Shown: piece by piece, positions 23,984 to 36,028 of the stretch
How positions within the stretch are numbered: position 1 is the first letter of the stretch
Layout of the letters: each line of letters starts with the position of its first letter
Assembly (NCBI RefSeq): GCF_001194135.2
Contig: NC_068997.1
Coordinates: 17,002,636 to 17,051,989, forward strand
Source of the DNA: Octopus bimaculoides
Lineage: Eukaryota
Length of the DNA stretch: 49,354 bases
Reading direction: 5' to 3'
Translations under genes and position numbers: made by a program
The notes under the pieces: model-generated
Databases searched by the model: none
What the model saw: the letters and a program-made list of their open reading frames with translations, nothing else
What the model was told of the DNA's origin: nothing

Positions 23984-25253
23984 NNNNNNNNNNNNNNNNN
24001 NNNNNNNNNNNNNNNNNNNNNNNNNNNNNNNNNNNNNNNNNNNNNNNNNNNNNNNNNNNNNNNNNNNNNNNNNNNNNNNNNNNNNNNNNNNNNNNNNNNN
24101 NNNNNNNNNNNNNNNNNNNNNNNNNNNNNNNNNNNNNNNNNNNNNNNNNNNNNNNNNNNNNNNNNNNNNNNNNNNNNNNNNNNNNNNNNNNNNNNNNNNN
24201 NNNNNNNNNNNNNNNNNNNNNNNNNNNNNNNNNNNNNNNNNNNNNNNNNNNNNNNNNNNNNNNNNNNNNNNNNNNNNNNNNNNNNNNNNNNNNNNNNNNN
24301 NNNNNNNNNNNNNNNNNNNNNNNNNNNNNNNNNNNNNNNNNNNNNNNNNNNNNNNNNNNNNNNNNNNNNNNNNNNNNNNNNNNNNNNNNNNNNNNNNNNN
24401 NNNNNNNNNNNNNNNNNNNNNNNNNNNNNNNNNNNNNNNNNNNNNNNNNNNNNNNNNNNNNNNNNNNNNNNNNNNNNNNNNNNNNNNNNNNNNNNNNNNN
24501 NNNNNNNNNTATATACAGATATATACCACTAAGTTTCTTGTAAAATGTTTCGTAGGTGAGGTTAAGGCAGACAAAAAAAAAAAAAAAGAAATGGCAGAGA
24601 AAAAATAAATAAAGTAATATAAAGAATACCGAAATCTTGATCATGCAATAATTTGCAAGAGAAGAGATTTTCACTTGTCAGAATGCCCAGTCTATAAAAA
24701 GACAAAATCTATGAATTGACACAATTATGTCAATAACTAAGTGCACCACAAAATATGCCAACATCACATGATTAATATATGTACGTATATACACACATAC
24801 ATACATACACACACATATACATATATATATATATATGTATACATCACATATAGAATGTAGTAAATCCATAAACAATACAGTATAAAGTATAAATGAAAAT
24901 GATTGAATGTACGAAATATAAAAGAGATAGTAAAGTAACAGAACTGAAAATTAAAAGTGCGGAAACAAAAAAGTTGCGATAGTATATAAGTTTACGTCTA
25001 TAGACAGAGTTACATGCATACATACATACATACATACGTATATACATACATACATACATACATGCATACATACATATATTTAGTCATACATACGCACATT
25101 CACGCATACAGACATACATACGTACATACACACATACAAACATGCTTATGTACGTACGTACATACGTACGTATCTACGCGGATTCATACATATTTACGTC
25201 GGGACTTACAGAGATAAGTACGTACATACAAACATGCATACATCCGTAGTACT

Positions 25254-25292
<39 letters not shown>

Positions 25293-25408
25293 GTAGACAT
25301 ATATATCTCTATATACAATTTGTATATCATCTATGTCTTTAAATATCTACAGAGATGTATAGACACGCACACGCCCATTCATACACACAGACATACAGAC
25401 ACACTCGC

Positions 25409-25466
25409 ACGAAATACCGCTAAGCATTTCGCCCGGCGTGCTAACGGTTCTGCCAGCTCTCCGCCT
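25409..25466 (-). mobile_element. SINE family A, head-only fragment
   Basis: GAAATACCGCTAAGCATTTCGCCCGGCGTGCTAACGGTTCTGCCAGCTC.CCGCCTTA. Confidence 0.8.
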
Positions 25467-25479
25467 TAAAAGGTAATGG

Positions 25480-25507
25480 TAATAATGATGATGATAATAA
25501 TAATAAC

Positions 25508-25539
<32 letters not shown>

Positions 25540-25743
25540 TTTCAAAGTTTGGCGCAAGGCCAGCAATTTCGGAATAAGGGTAAGTCAATTATATCGACCC
25601 CAGTCTTTAACTGGTTCTTGTATTATCGATTCCGAAAGGATGAAAGGTAAAGTCAACCTCGGCCGATTTTGAACTCAGAATCTAAAACCAGACGAAATAC
25701 CGTTAAGAATTTCATCCGGCGTGCTAATGACTCTGCCAGCTCG
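25480..25743 (-). mobile_element. SINE family A, full-length with (ATT)n tail
   Basis: Complete head, core and tail on the minus strand; the (AAT)n run at 25480-25518 is the tail. Confidence 0.9.
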
Positions 25744-25754
25744 CTACATTAACG

Positions 25755-25767
25755 ATAATAATAATTA

Positions 25768-25826
<59 letters not shown>

Positions 25827-25853
25827 ATAGCAGTAGTAGTAGTAGTAGTAGTA

Positions 25854-25916
<63 letters not shown>
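25755..25916. repeat. (AGT)n followed by (AAT)n compound microsatellite
   Basis: Direct inspection. Confidence 0.95.
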
Positions 25917-25947
25917 GTTTTTAGTACGTTTTTCTTTTTACTATATA

Positions 25948-26323
25948 TTTCTTTTACTCTTTTACTTGTTTCAGTCTTTTGACTGTGGCCATGCTGGAGC
26001 ACCGCCTTTAGTCGAGCAAATCGACCCCAGGACTTATTCTTTGGAAGCCTAGTACTTATTCTATCGGTCTCTTTTGCCGAACCGCTAAGTTACGGGGACA
26101 TAAACACACCAGCATCGGTTGTTAAGCGATGTTGGGGGGACAGACACAGACATGCAAACACATACACACATACATATATATATATACATATATACGACAG
26201 GCTTCTTTCAGTTTCCTACTACCAAATCCACTCACAAGGCTTTGGTCGGCCTGAGGCTATAGTAGAAGACACTTGCCCAAGATGCCACGCAGTGGGACTG
26301 AACCACACAGCCATTTCTGCGCC
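25948..26323 (-). mobile_element. SINE family B with a deletion in the head
   Basis: Near-identical to the copy at 18299 but lacks the segment between ACTGAACC and ACACAGCC. Confidence 0.95.
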
Positions 26324-26565
26324 TATCTTTATGAATGTTGTATATTTTTAATATTAAAATGATAAAGAAATACTAACGTCTACATTTTGTGCCTAATAAG
26401 AAATAATGTTTTACTTTTTCGGTTTCTTCAATGATGTACAAATATATATTTGGTCGATGTTACATCAATCTAATAATAGTTTAACTCAGATCCAAGTTTC
26501 GTTGGCGTATGGTACGTCCCTATGTGTGTGTGTGTGTCTGTGTCTGTGTCTCTATGTGTATTGTG

Positions 26566-26650
26566 AAGGCGCATGGCTTAGTGGTTAAGGCTTTGTACTC
26601 ACGATTGCGAGATTGTGGGTTCGATTATGAGACCGGGCGTTGCGTCGTGT
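26566..26650 (+). mobile_element. tRNA-derived SINE head (family D), truncated
   Basis: A box TGGCTTAGTGG and B box GGGTTCGATT; the sequence breaks at TGCGTCGTGTT. Confidence 0.6.
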
Positions 26651-27015
26651 TCTGTCTGTCAATCTGTCTGTTACCACCTTGCTGTCTACACTAGTGAACC
26701 AATTCTGACGAAACTTTCATACATGATAAACTAACATCCAGTTCAATTATAGGCTAAGTAGATTTCGATAAAAATCCACAGCGTGGTTTTTTTTTCTTTT
26801 CCAGGTTATTTCGCATGCTTCCAACTAATGTGACATCGATAGATTAGAGTGTCTTCCCTTTCAGGATGAAGTAAATTCGGAATATTTTCCAATTATGCAC
26901 CGTTTTGGGTATTTATACCCTCCAAACCCTGAGTATCTCAATAATTACTGCTCCGATTTACGCGAAACTTATTTCATTCCGTTCGTATTAACATTTCAAG
27001 GTTAGTTAATTCATA
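26651..27015. mobile_element. Possible Helentron/DINE-1-like or Helitron non-autonomous element interior
   Basis: TCTGTCTGTC tract followed by GAACCAATTCTGACGAAACTTTCATACATGAT, a layout recalled from HINE-type repeats. Termini were not identified. Confidence 0.3.
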
Positions 27016-27166
27016 GTATTTACCCATTATGCTCCAGTTTGGTTGGGTAACATTGCAAGCAAGCAATATCCAAACTGATATTTAATGTATTAAATATATA
27101 TATATATATATATANNNNNNNNNNATGTATGTATATATGTATACGGGTATTTCTGTGTTGCGCACG

Positions 27167-27200
<34 letters not shown>

Positions 27201-28244
27201 TATGTATACTGACGCTTCATCGATCTATCCATATATATATTTGTTTCCTAGGAAGAGATGCTTTGTGTGTTACCGAGAGAAATCAATTATATACTGGTCT
27301 TTGCGCAATGGGTTTTACGAAATCGTGTTATTTATTTACAGCTAAATTGAAGTCTGTCATATTTGTTTTATGAATGGAAACAGTGCAGCTTATTTTAGCA
27401 TACGGATTGTCGTTGACTCTGTTTTGCTTGCAATGTGACACCCTGTTAACTCGAACAGCTGCCACTCATGCAGACAAACAGAAACGCTGACAAAAGCAGA
27501 GTAACACACGTGTAGATATTTTATATACCTGAGATTCAAATATATTCGCACGTGTGTTTTGCAGAATATCTATTTTCAAAATAAGAAGATGAGAAGGAAA
27601 AAGCAGCAAAACATAATCATTAGATATATTTTGCAATAATGATGTAAATCAGGAATCAAGAGACTTGGTTCCGGCAAACTGAGATCGTAGACAGGATGTT
27701 CTTCCAAACTTAAATATGCTAATCGCTAATTAAGTTGGTAATGATTTGAGAAAGGCGTGAACCTGCCCATTTCTCTGTTACTTCTATGATTGTTAGGGCT
27801 TAGACAATATTTAAGAGTAACAAATATAAATTTGGTAATCTTGCGTAAGTCTATTACTGTAATTTTCCCTCTACCTTTTTAGCCCAATGAGAGAAGAGCT
27901 ATAATGTATAGCGTTGCAGTCGTGGCCATCAGCTTGGGCATCACCTTGGACATCACAGTTTCGTTAATCGTGCATGGTGCACAATGACTCCATTATCGAA
28001 TGTGTCCTCCATTTCTTTTCGTTTCTTTTTCTAGCGAGGAATGCAATTTGAACGAGATTTGGTTGGTATTTTCGGCAGAATAAATACTGTACTGTGACAC
28101 TCTCATCAATTTACAGAGTCGTAATTTTGTAGTCGTAGCTGTCAAGTCTATTATTTGAGCTTAGCGTTCAATTAAAAAACAACAACAACATAGGCATTCA
28201 ATCCTTTACGTGTAACATAAACGGGACCTTACAGTGAAAACTGA

Positions 28245-28447
28245 TTTCAAATTTTGCCACAAAGGCCAGCAACTTCGAGTGATGGGGTAAGTTGATAACA
28301 TATATCTCAGTTCTCAACGGGTACTTAATTTATCGACCTCGAACGTATGAAATGCAAAGTTGACCTCGGCGGAATTTGTACCCAGAACATAAAGACGGAC
28401 GAAATGGCATTAAGCATTTTGTACGGCGGGCTAACGATTCTGCCAGT
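28245..28447 (-). mobile_element. SINE family A, full-length diverged copy
   Basis: Tail TTTCAAATTTTGCCACAAAGGCCAGC through head GCTAACGATTCTGCCAG. Confidence 0.85.
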
Positions 28448-28629
28448 TCAACCTCTTTTTTTTTTTACAGTGAATATTGCAAATAAATTGCCCGACTTTA
28501 TTGTTCTTCCCTCTTTAGATACTGATAACGCATAGACCATATACGGATGGTCATCTTGCATAATCTGCAACGTCCTCCATGATAGGTTTATTTATCGGGG
28601 CCGACCTGTCCACTCATAGGGATTTAATC

Positions 28630-28742
28630 GGCTCGAGGCTATAGTAGAAGGCGCCTTGCCCAAGGTGCCACGCAGTGTGACTGAACCCCGAAGCACTTGG
28701 TTAGGAATCGAACTTCTTACCACACCGCTACGCCTTGCCTAT
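28630..28742 (-). mobile_element. SINE family B, 5' fragment
   Basis: GAGGCTATAGTAGAAG...TTGCCCAAGGTGCCACGCAGTG.GACTGAACCC...CTTACCACAC. Confidence 0.8.
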
Positions 28743-28870
28743 ACCCAAGCTTACACCATCCTGTTCCTAGACTAAACAAGAAATTAGATCATGTTGCCAG
28801 TCTAATCATAGCTTTTTAATTTCTCAAACATATTCTAGAACGGCAGCAGCCGTAGCAACGATGTTAACAA

Positions 28871-28871
<1 letters not shown>

Positions 28872-28969
<98 letters not shown>
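28872..28969. repeat. (ATT)n followed by (AGT)n compound microsatellite
   Basis: Direct inspection. Confidence 0.95.
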
Positions 28970-29624
28970 CACCACTAATATCGACATCAATTAAAACACT
29001 CTTAATGTTTGTTAAAATGTTGAAAGCAAGGAAAGTTAAAAAGAAAGCATTTTATGCAATATTAGAGCAGGTAGCAGCTGTTGTCTAAATGAAAAAAAAA
29101 AGAACAAAGCAAGACATAAAAGTACACACACACACATACACACATAGATATATATGTATATATATATATATATATATACAGACCCACAGACACTTATATT
29201 AAATCTGGAAAAAATGATGACTCGCGTAACGTCAATAACCACGGCAGCAGCAATAACAACAAAAAATGACATGCGCAACGAAAGCTGAGGTTAATGACAC
29301 GTCGACACTATAAGACGAGCTCAGACGTCAGCCTTTGTGGTGATAGAAGGTCGGTGGTGAAGATAACAGTGTAAGAGGAAAGGGAGGGATGTGACGGTGC
29401 TTGCAATGGTGGTACGTTTTTATCAACGTCGTTTTTTGTTTAGTTCGTTATCGGCTCTGATTAAGCATAATTATAGTCAAAATGATTCCAGCCATAACAA
29501 TTCTATTTTATTTTCCCAAACACACAGAACCCTCGCTTACGTAATCTTTTCTTTCAATCGTTTAGTTATTCTGTTCGACTTGATTACAATTCAGCCAGCT
29601 CGCAGCTGTACCCTTTGGATTATA

Positions 29625-29859
29625 CAGTGTGTTCAAAAAGTCTCTCCGCAGTGAATTCTTTTCATCCTGCACATCTCCATGGCGCTACTTCAAGAGTTAT
29701 TCGGTGAAGGGATTATTTCGGAAGGACTTTGGCCTCCAGGATCACCTGATTTAACACCGCCAGACATTTTTTTTCTGGGGAGCAAGTAACGGGTCAGTGT
29801 ACAAGAATCGTCTAAAAACCATTGAATACTTACCGCGGAGAGACGTTTTGAAAACCTTG
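29625..29859 (+). mobile_element. Tc1/mariner-superfamily internally deleted element (235 bp) with TIRs, TA duplication and transposase remnant
   Basis: Flanked by TA at 29623-29624 and 29860-29861. 28-bp TIRs CAGTGTGTTCAAAAAGTCTCTCCGCAGT and CAAGGTTTTCAAAACGTCTCTCCGCGGT match at 23 of 28 positions. The interior encodes HISMALLQELFGEGIISEGLWPPGSPDLTPPD, then after one frameshift FWGASNGSVYKN (WPPRSPDL.P.DFFLWG motif). Confidence 0.9.
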
Positions 29860-29874
29860 TATAATTCTTTCTAA

Positions 29875-30085
29875 TTTTGTCACAAGGTCAGCAATGTTGA
29901 GATTCGGAGTGGGTGTGGAAAATCGATTACATCGTCTCCAGTACTTGACTTTAACATTTTTTTTATCGATCGGGAAAGGACGTAAAACAAAGTCAACCTC
30001 AGGTGAGTTTGAACTCAGTGCGTAAAAAAAGCCAGAAGAAATACTGCTTAGAATTTTATCAGACGTTCTAACAAGTCAGCCAACT
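29875..30085 (-). mobile_element. SINE family A, old diverged copy
   Basis: AAAGTCAACCTCAGGTGAGTTTGAACTCAG core remnant with a recognisable head and tail. Confidence 0.6.
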
Positions 30086-30461
30086 CAATGCTTTTCCTCT
30101 GGACTACCTTAATACAATGTGTCGCATTATATGACGGCCGGATGTGGTTTGAGGGAAATCTAAATGATAGGTCTATTAAGTCGAACGTTTAAACTGGGGC
30201 GAACCTTCTCAATTTGAAAAGAGTAGGTTTTGGCAGTGGTGGTGATTGGGGCATTGTTGTTGTATAGTTGTTGTTGGTGTTGTTGTCACTGATACTGTTG
30301 CTAAGCCTCAGTTCAGGTCTGATCGAATGTATTCCAGCTGTGGCCATATTGCTTTATGAAAATGAGCAAAGATCATATATCCATATTATCAAAGGTGTTC
30401 TTTAAGATCATGGGATATAATTTAAGAGAGATTTGGCTTCAAGTAAAATTTCTCTGGCTGG

Positions 30462-30653
30462 TTATTTGTATTGGTGAAAATTTGAGACTGACATAAGCCA
30501 AGGAGTTTCTGCTTGAAGTGTTGCCCGTAATTGTTTTTCTTTTTTGAGCTTTCTTTTCAACCAAATGATCCGTCTTCGAGCCAATCTTATATGTTCGTTC
30601 AACAGCTCAACACCATTACAAGTATCATCAAGTAGTTTACACATTTCAGAATC
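30462..30653 (-). CDS. Candidate terminal coding exon or gene fragment, coiled-coil-like, unidentified
   Basis: Non-repetitive open frame DSEMCKLLDDTCNGVELLNEHIRLARRRIIWLKRKLKKEKQLRATLQAETPWLMSVSNFHQYK*, directly preceded on its strand by a T-tract. The junction reads TTTCG|ATT rather than a canonical AG acceptor, and no partner exons were found. Confidence 0.25.
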   Translation of the reverse strand, partial: DSEMCKLLDDTCNGVELLNEHIRLARRRIIWLKRKLKKEKQLRATLQAETPWLMSVSNFHQYK

Positions 30654-31124
30654 GAAAAAAAAAAAAGTATATGTGCGTGTTGATTATAGTTATACAGTTA
30701 TATATGAGCGACGCTCCACATCAGCGATTTTCAAGCTCTTTCTGTTAACGACACATTGAGTTGACGCACCGTTAGCTCTCTCAAACTTTTATTGTGAGTA
30801 TGAATATAATAAAGATAAACACAGAAAGCGTAATTGTATTTTTAAGATTTATATGACACACGTGTTCTCGAAAATTTGATTGTCATTATTGCACAAGCCA
30901 GTTGCCCCTATTGTGCAATAAAATTGACTCTCTTGCTTGATATAATCAGCGAAAAATATAAGGTGAGGTTAAATGCTTGCCCAAATATAATTCAATTGTC
31001 CAATTTTTACTCAAGTTCATTGGTATAACAGAATATAATGTGATATGTGCGACATAGTACATGTTAGGAGTGATAGAGAGATGAAAGGCGGTAATGTTCA
31101 CGTCAACTTTCGTACTCATTTAGG

Positions 31125-31258
31125 AATGAGCACATTAGCTCACACTTTCCATCAAATCGACGCTGTCTGAACAGGTGCACAAGTGTACCGCGCCTCAGGT
31201 GTCGAAGCGATCGCAGAGCAACGTGAGATGAAGTGCTTTGCTCAAGAAAACAACGCAG
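31125..31258 (-). mobile_element. SINE body fragment (probably family D, CORE-like start)
   Basis: Minus strand reads TGCGTTGTTTTCTTGAGCAAAGCACTTCATCTCACGTTGCTC, which would continue the head that breaks off at 26650. Confidence 0.5.
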
Positions 31259-31904
31259 ACACACTCACATCTGCACCTATATTTACTAAGAAGAAAGTAA
31301 ATACGAGAGTAGGGATATATTGAGGATATTCCCGGGACGAGTGGAACTGGACCCGTCACTCAAGAATATTCCAACTTAGCCTGTATCCCATTGCACTTTA
31401 AAACAAATGGGGTGACAAACGAACCTGTAACTTATCTTCCTCGACACCCAGTACATTGCTGCAGAACTCCTCTAGACTCCACCATAGTCAGATACTGCGT
31501 ACAAAACAATGTAGAATATATATGTCTGATGGAGAAGTAAAACTGTACGAATTATCATAAGTTAACTTCAACGAACCCATAAAGCAGCACATGTCTGTGC
31601 ATGGTCATTCTTGCTCCAACTCTAAGTTTAGGTTCTTAATTTCGACTTAGAGCTGAGAGTAAGGTTAACTATAGAGTGAAGTGGACGGTGAAAAGATATG
31701 TCCTGCAGTAACAGGGAGAGGTGTCCTTGTGGGTTTGATATCAAAGGGTGGAATACAGATTCCATTAGCTTACAATAAGCTTTTAGTAAAGGAAATGAGT
31801 TAAGGACTTACTGAAACCACAGAAAGGTTGAGTATTCGGCACTACCAGATTGACAACGTATTTAGTACGATAAGATACGCTTGTCCATTGTAGGTATTCA
31901 ACTT

Positions 31905-32178
31905 GACAAGAAGCCTGCTTCCCAACCACATGGTTCTGGTTTCAGTCTCACTGCGCGGTACCTTGGGCAAGTATCTTCTACAATAGCCTCTGGCCGACCA
32001 ATGCTTTGGGAGTGGATTTGGTTGAGGTAAACTGAAAATAAAAAGGACCATCGTCTATAGAATAAGCACCAGACTTAAAAAATCAATAAGTATCGGAGTC
32101 GATTCGTTCGACGTAACATTTCCTCAAGGCGGTGCTCCAGCATGACTGCAATGTAATGACTGACAAAGAGTAAAAGAC
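31905..32178 (+). mobile_element. SINE family B with its middle deleted
   Basis: Head and CORE-like CCTTGGGCAAGTATCTTCTAC segment joined to the 3' part GATAGAATAAG...GGCGGTGCTCCAGCATG...GTAAAAGA. Confidence 0.85.
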
Positions 32179-32237
32179 TGTGGTATTTGTGAATAGATGC
32201 CATCGCTACGATAAAAGAAACAACACCAGTGGTACTA

Positions 32238-32566
32238 TCATGGTATCACCACCACCGCCGCCGCCACCACCACCACCACCACCACCACTGTCACTAATAT
32301 CACCACCACTACTATCACTACTATTAACATCACTATAACCCCACCACCACTACCACCACCACCGTCATCATCATCATCACCATAGTTACTACCATCACCA
32401 ACACCATTATTATCATTAGCGACAGCAGTTGCAATAGCAACAGCAGAAGAAACATAAAATGATTCAACTTCAGTATAGAATACTTTTGTCACCAAACACA
32501 TCATCATCTTCATCAAAACCAAAACCACCACCACCACCACCACCACCTTCATCATCATCGTCGTCG

Positions 32567-32602
<36 letters not shown>

Positions 32603-32720
32603 CCACCACCATCGTCGTCGTCGTCGACGTCGTCACGACATTCTCCATTGCTATCATCTTCATCAACACCAACGTCGTCCCTGTTCTCATCGTCAGCGTC
32701 ATCATTGCCTCCCATTACTA
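32238..32720. repeat. (CAC)/(CAT)/(CGT) trinucleotide-rich low-complexity region
   Basis: Direct inspection. Confidence 0.9.
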
Positions 32721-33108
32721 CATAAACACATACCAGCACCTCATTGTTTTCCTTCTCGTGCCATGCCGTCAAATATTCACATTTTCTACCAATTAGCACT
32801 TCATGAGTTACTAAATGAATTAAACACTTCGAAAATATAATTGATTAAACAAATGATTTAGAAATATAACAAAAATCTTGGAAATTATATTAAGAAGCAT
32901 TAAATAGCCAAACCAGTTCCATAAATGCAAACTTGGTTTATGTCGATATTCTCGCACGAACTGATGTGTGTGTTTGTGTGTGTGTGTGTGCGCGCGCGCG
33001 CGCGTATGTGTCTATGTGTGTGTCTGAGTGTGTATGTATATGTATATATATCTGTATATATATACACACATACATATATATCTATACACACACACGTATA
33101 TATACATG

Positions 33109-33166
<58 letters not shown>

Positions 33167-33170
33167 TATG

Positions 33171-33214
<44 letters not shown>

Positions 33215-34028
33215 AATATATACAGACACAAACACAAACATAGATGTGTAAGTGTATGTATGTATGTATGTATGTATGTATATATGCAAGTATGTATATA
33301 CGTACCTGTGTGCGTATGTTGGTACGATCTATCAAATTATCTAATCATTCACACTCACAATGCAATAGCCTGGCTACAAAGGTCGCTTCAAAATCACGTG
33401 GTTACGTGTACAGTCCAGCAACACAGTATCTAAAATAAGTATTTTGTGCTATCGTTCCAGACCCCCAAATTGGATCTTTTTCGTTCGACACACCAGGTCC
33501 GATATTTTCCATTTTTTTTCTTTTTTCGGAAAATATCCTTACAAATATTGTTCATATTATTAACGAAAATCATAACCATCTCCTAAAAATACCAATTCAA
33601 AGAGTTATAGGAAAATAATGGCAGATAGTGTGCAATCAGTTACTGAAGCGCATTTACCTTCAGAATTTTCTGGACAACGATGTAGACCTTGAACAAGTGT
33701 GTTTACTAACTGTGCGAAACATCTTGGGTAGCTCGTCTTTTAGAGCAAGCTACATTCCTGCGCTAAGCGTTGAGCGAAGTTTCGCGTTTGACAACGGAAA
33801 TTTTGCCAGGCGTACACAGCCCACCAAAAGTTTAGCGATGTTGTTAGTAGGAGTGATTCGTGGCAAATATGCGGACTGCTTGAGCAATGTCTTCTGGAGA
33901 TATTTTAGTGGAAAGATAACGGATAATGTCCGAAGTTTTAGCTGTGTTCCAACGGTGTTGGGTTGTTTAGGCCTGAAATGCTGGAGAGGAAGGAACTGGG
34001 TGATTATGTCGGTTCCAGTGAGTCTCTA

Positions 34029-34220
34029 GTACTTTACTTCATCGACAGGAAAGGATGAAAAGCGAAGTCAACTTGGTGAATTATCTTCTAAGTTCAAATA
34101 TCACCGGGGTTGACTTCGCCTTTCATATCTCCTGGATCGATAACATAAAGTACCAGTCAAGTAATGGAGGTCGATACTATCGACTAAACCCCTAACTGCA
34201 AGTCTGGTCACTTCAAGACT
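34029..34220. mobile_element. Two SINE A core fragments in inverted (fold-back) arrangement
   Basis: ATGAAAAGCGAAGTCAAC (34055-34072) pairs with GTTGACTTCGCCTTTCAT (34109-34126) at 17 of 18 positions. Confidence 0.75.
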
Positions 34221-34957
34221 TATTTAAAATCAACCATGGTCAATCAACATGAGATTCATTATTTTTTAATCAGATTCGTTATTTTCTTATAATGACATTA
34301 CTGCCATTATTACAATAATGATTATAGTCATATTATTTACAATGGTAGTAGTCAGTAGTCAGTAGTAGTAGTAGTCAGTAGTCAGTAATAGTAGTAGTCA
34401 GTAGTCAGTAGTAGTAGCAGCAGCAGCAGCAGCAGCAGAAGTGGTAGTCCTTCTTGCTGTCTTTGTTGGTGATGCTAGTGAATTTAATGCCTTTTACTGT
34501 TTTACTTCAATTCCAATTGTTCCCCAGTTTGTCTTATTAGGTATTAATCGAAACATTGATGATAGGGGGCCTTAACTCACCTCTGTTTCACGTCACTAAT
34601 TATACATTTTTGAAATAGGTCAAGTTCATTGTCGCATTATTGTCATTAACGTTATCGTCATCATCATCATCACCATCATCGTCGTCGTCGTCGTCATCAT
34701 CATAATTATCATCAACATCATCGTGGCTATTGCGGTTGTTTTTTTTTCATTTTGTTCTATCAACTTCCATTACAATTGCTGTCAGCATCATTATTAATAA
34801 AAAACGATTTTGTTTTCATTTTTTAAACGTTTTATTTTGTTTTTATAATTTGTATTTCTTCATAATTTGCTTCTTTTGTTTTCATTATTTTATATATATA
34901 TTTTATTCATTGTATTCCACAATATTCTGTCAATTGTTTTTCACAACGCCAATTTTA

Positions 34958-34959
<2 letters not shown>

Positions 34960-35029
<70 letters not shown>
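34960..35029. repeat. (ATT)n microsatellite
   Basis: Direct inspection; source of the poly-Tyr ORF. Confidence 0.95.
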
Positions 35030-35030
<1 letters not shown>

Positions 35031-35755
35031 TCATATATAGTTTTTTTTATTTCAAATAACTCCAATTTCGAAATTTTAATTGTTATTTTTTTCTCCCCTA
35101 ATTCAATTATGAACTAAAAAAGTAAAAGAAAACGGAATTAAAAAAAAAAAAAAATTACATAGACACATACAGATTAAAACAATAAAATAATTTTTTTTCT
35201 TTAATTGACATTCTGAGCTGAATGATCGTATTCTAAATTCCAACTATTAATTCCATTCCGAATTCTAGCTAATTGTTTAAAAGCAATTTTAATTAATTTT
35301 GAAATTTTATGCTAATTATACATACATACATACATATATCTACACACAGATGTATATATATATACACATGTATATATGTATATATATAAATATTCATACA
35401 TATGCGTGTGTATCGTTATATGCATATGTATATGTAATTTCTCTCTCTATATACACACACATATATATATATGTGCATATATATATATGTGCATCTATAT
35501 ACTAGCATTTGTACAAAAACATTCACATATACTATTGGGTGAATACACACACACAAGGCAAAGAAAGAAGTAGTAACACTGACATTATATTAGATCAAAC
35601 ACTTATTGTAATTTTATTAGTTTATAATTTTCAATAGTAGTACTATTTATTTTGAAGGGACATAAAACAGATATGGAATGATTCGATGGGAAACATACAG
35701 ACATAAATACATATGTATGTGTCTTTGTGTGTGTGTATATATATATATACATACA

Positions 35756-35843
<88 letters not shown>

Positions 35844-35880
35844 TAGACAATAACATATGTTTCTCTCTCTCTGAAATCTC

Positions 35881-36028
35881 TGTTTCTATAGGCGCACATA
35901 GACATACATATATACACATGTACTTATGAATATATATATATATATATATTCATAAGTACATGTGTATATATGTGTTTCTATAGGCGCACATAGACATACA
36001 TATATACACATGTACTTATGAATATATA
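35881..36028. repeat. Direct duplication (92-bp period) enclosing a 68-bp perfect palindrome
   Basis: The unit starting TGTTTCTATAGGCGCAC occurs at 35881 and 35973; 35906-35973 is self-complementary around (TA)9. Confidence 0.9.

Noticed and set aside
27565-27639. NIYFQNKKMRRKK after a TTTTGCAG acceptor, resembling homeodomain helix 3 (IWFQNRRMKWKK)
   Set aside because: The near-invariant W48 and R53 are absent, no upstream helices 1-2 were found, and A-rich sequence readily yields N/K/R codons.
31690-31800. Short plus-strand frame GEKICPAVTGRGVLVGLISKGG
   Set aside because: Bounded by stops; the resemblance to a LINE endonuclease GGV motif is too weak to support a call.
32238-32799. Poly-Pro/Ser, poly-Val/Met and poly-Asp/Gly ORFs
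   Set aside because: Low-complexity trinucleotide repeats.
32989-33004. (CG)n run within a TG/TA tract as a functional Z-DNA element (similar run near 430)
   Set aside because: A common by-product of (TG)n mutation and slippage; nothing indicates function.
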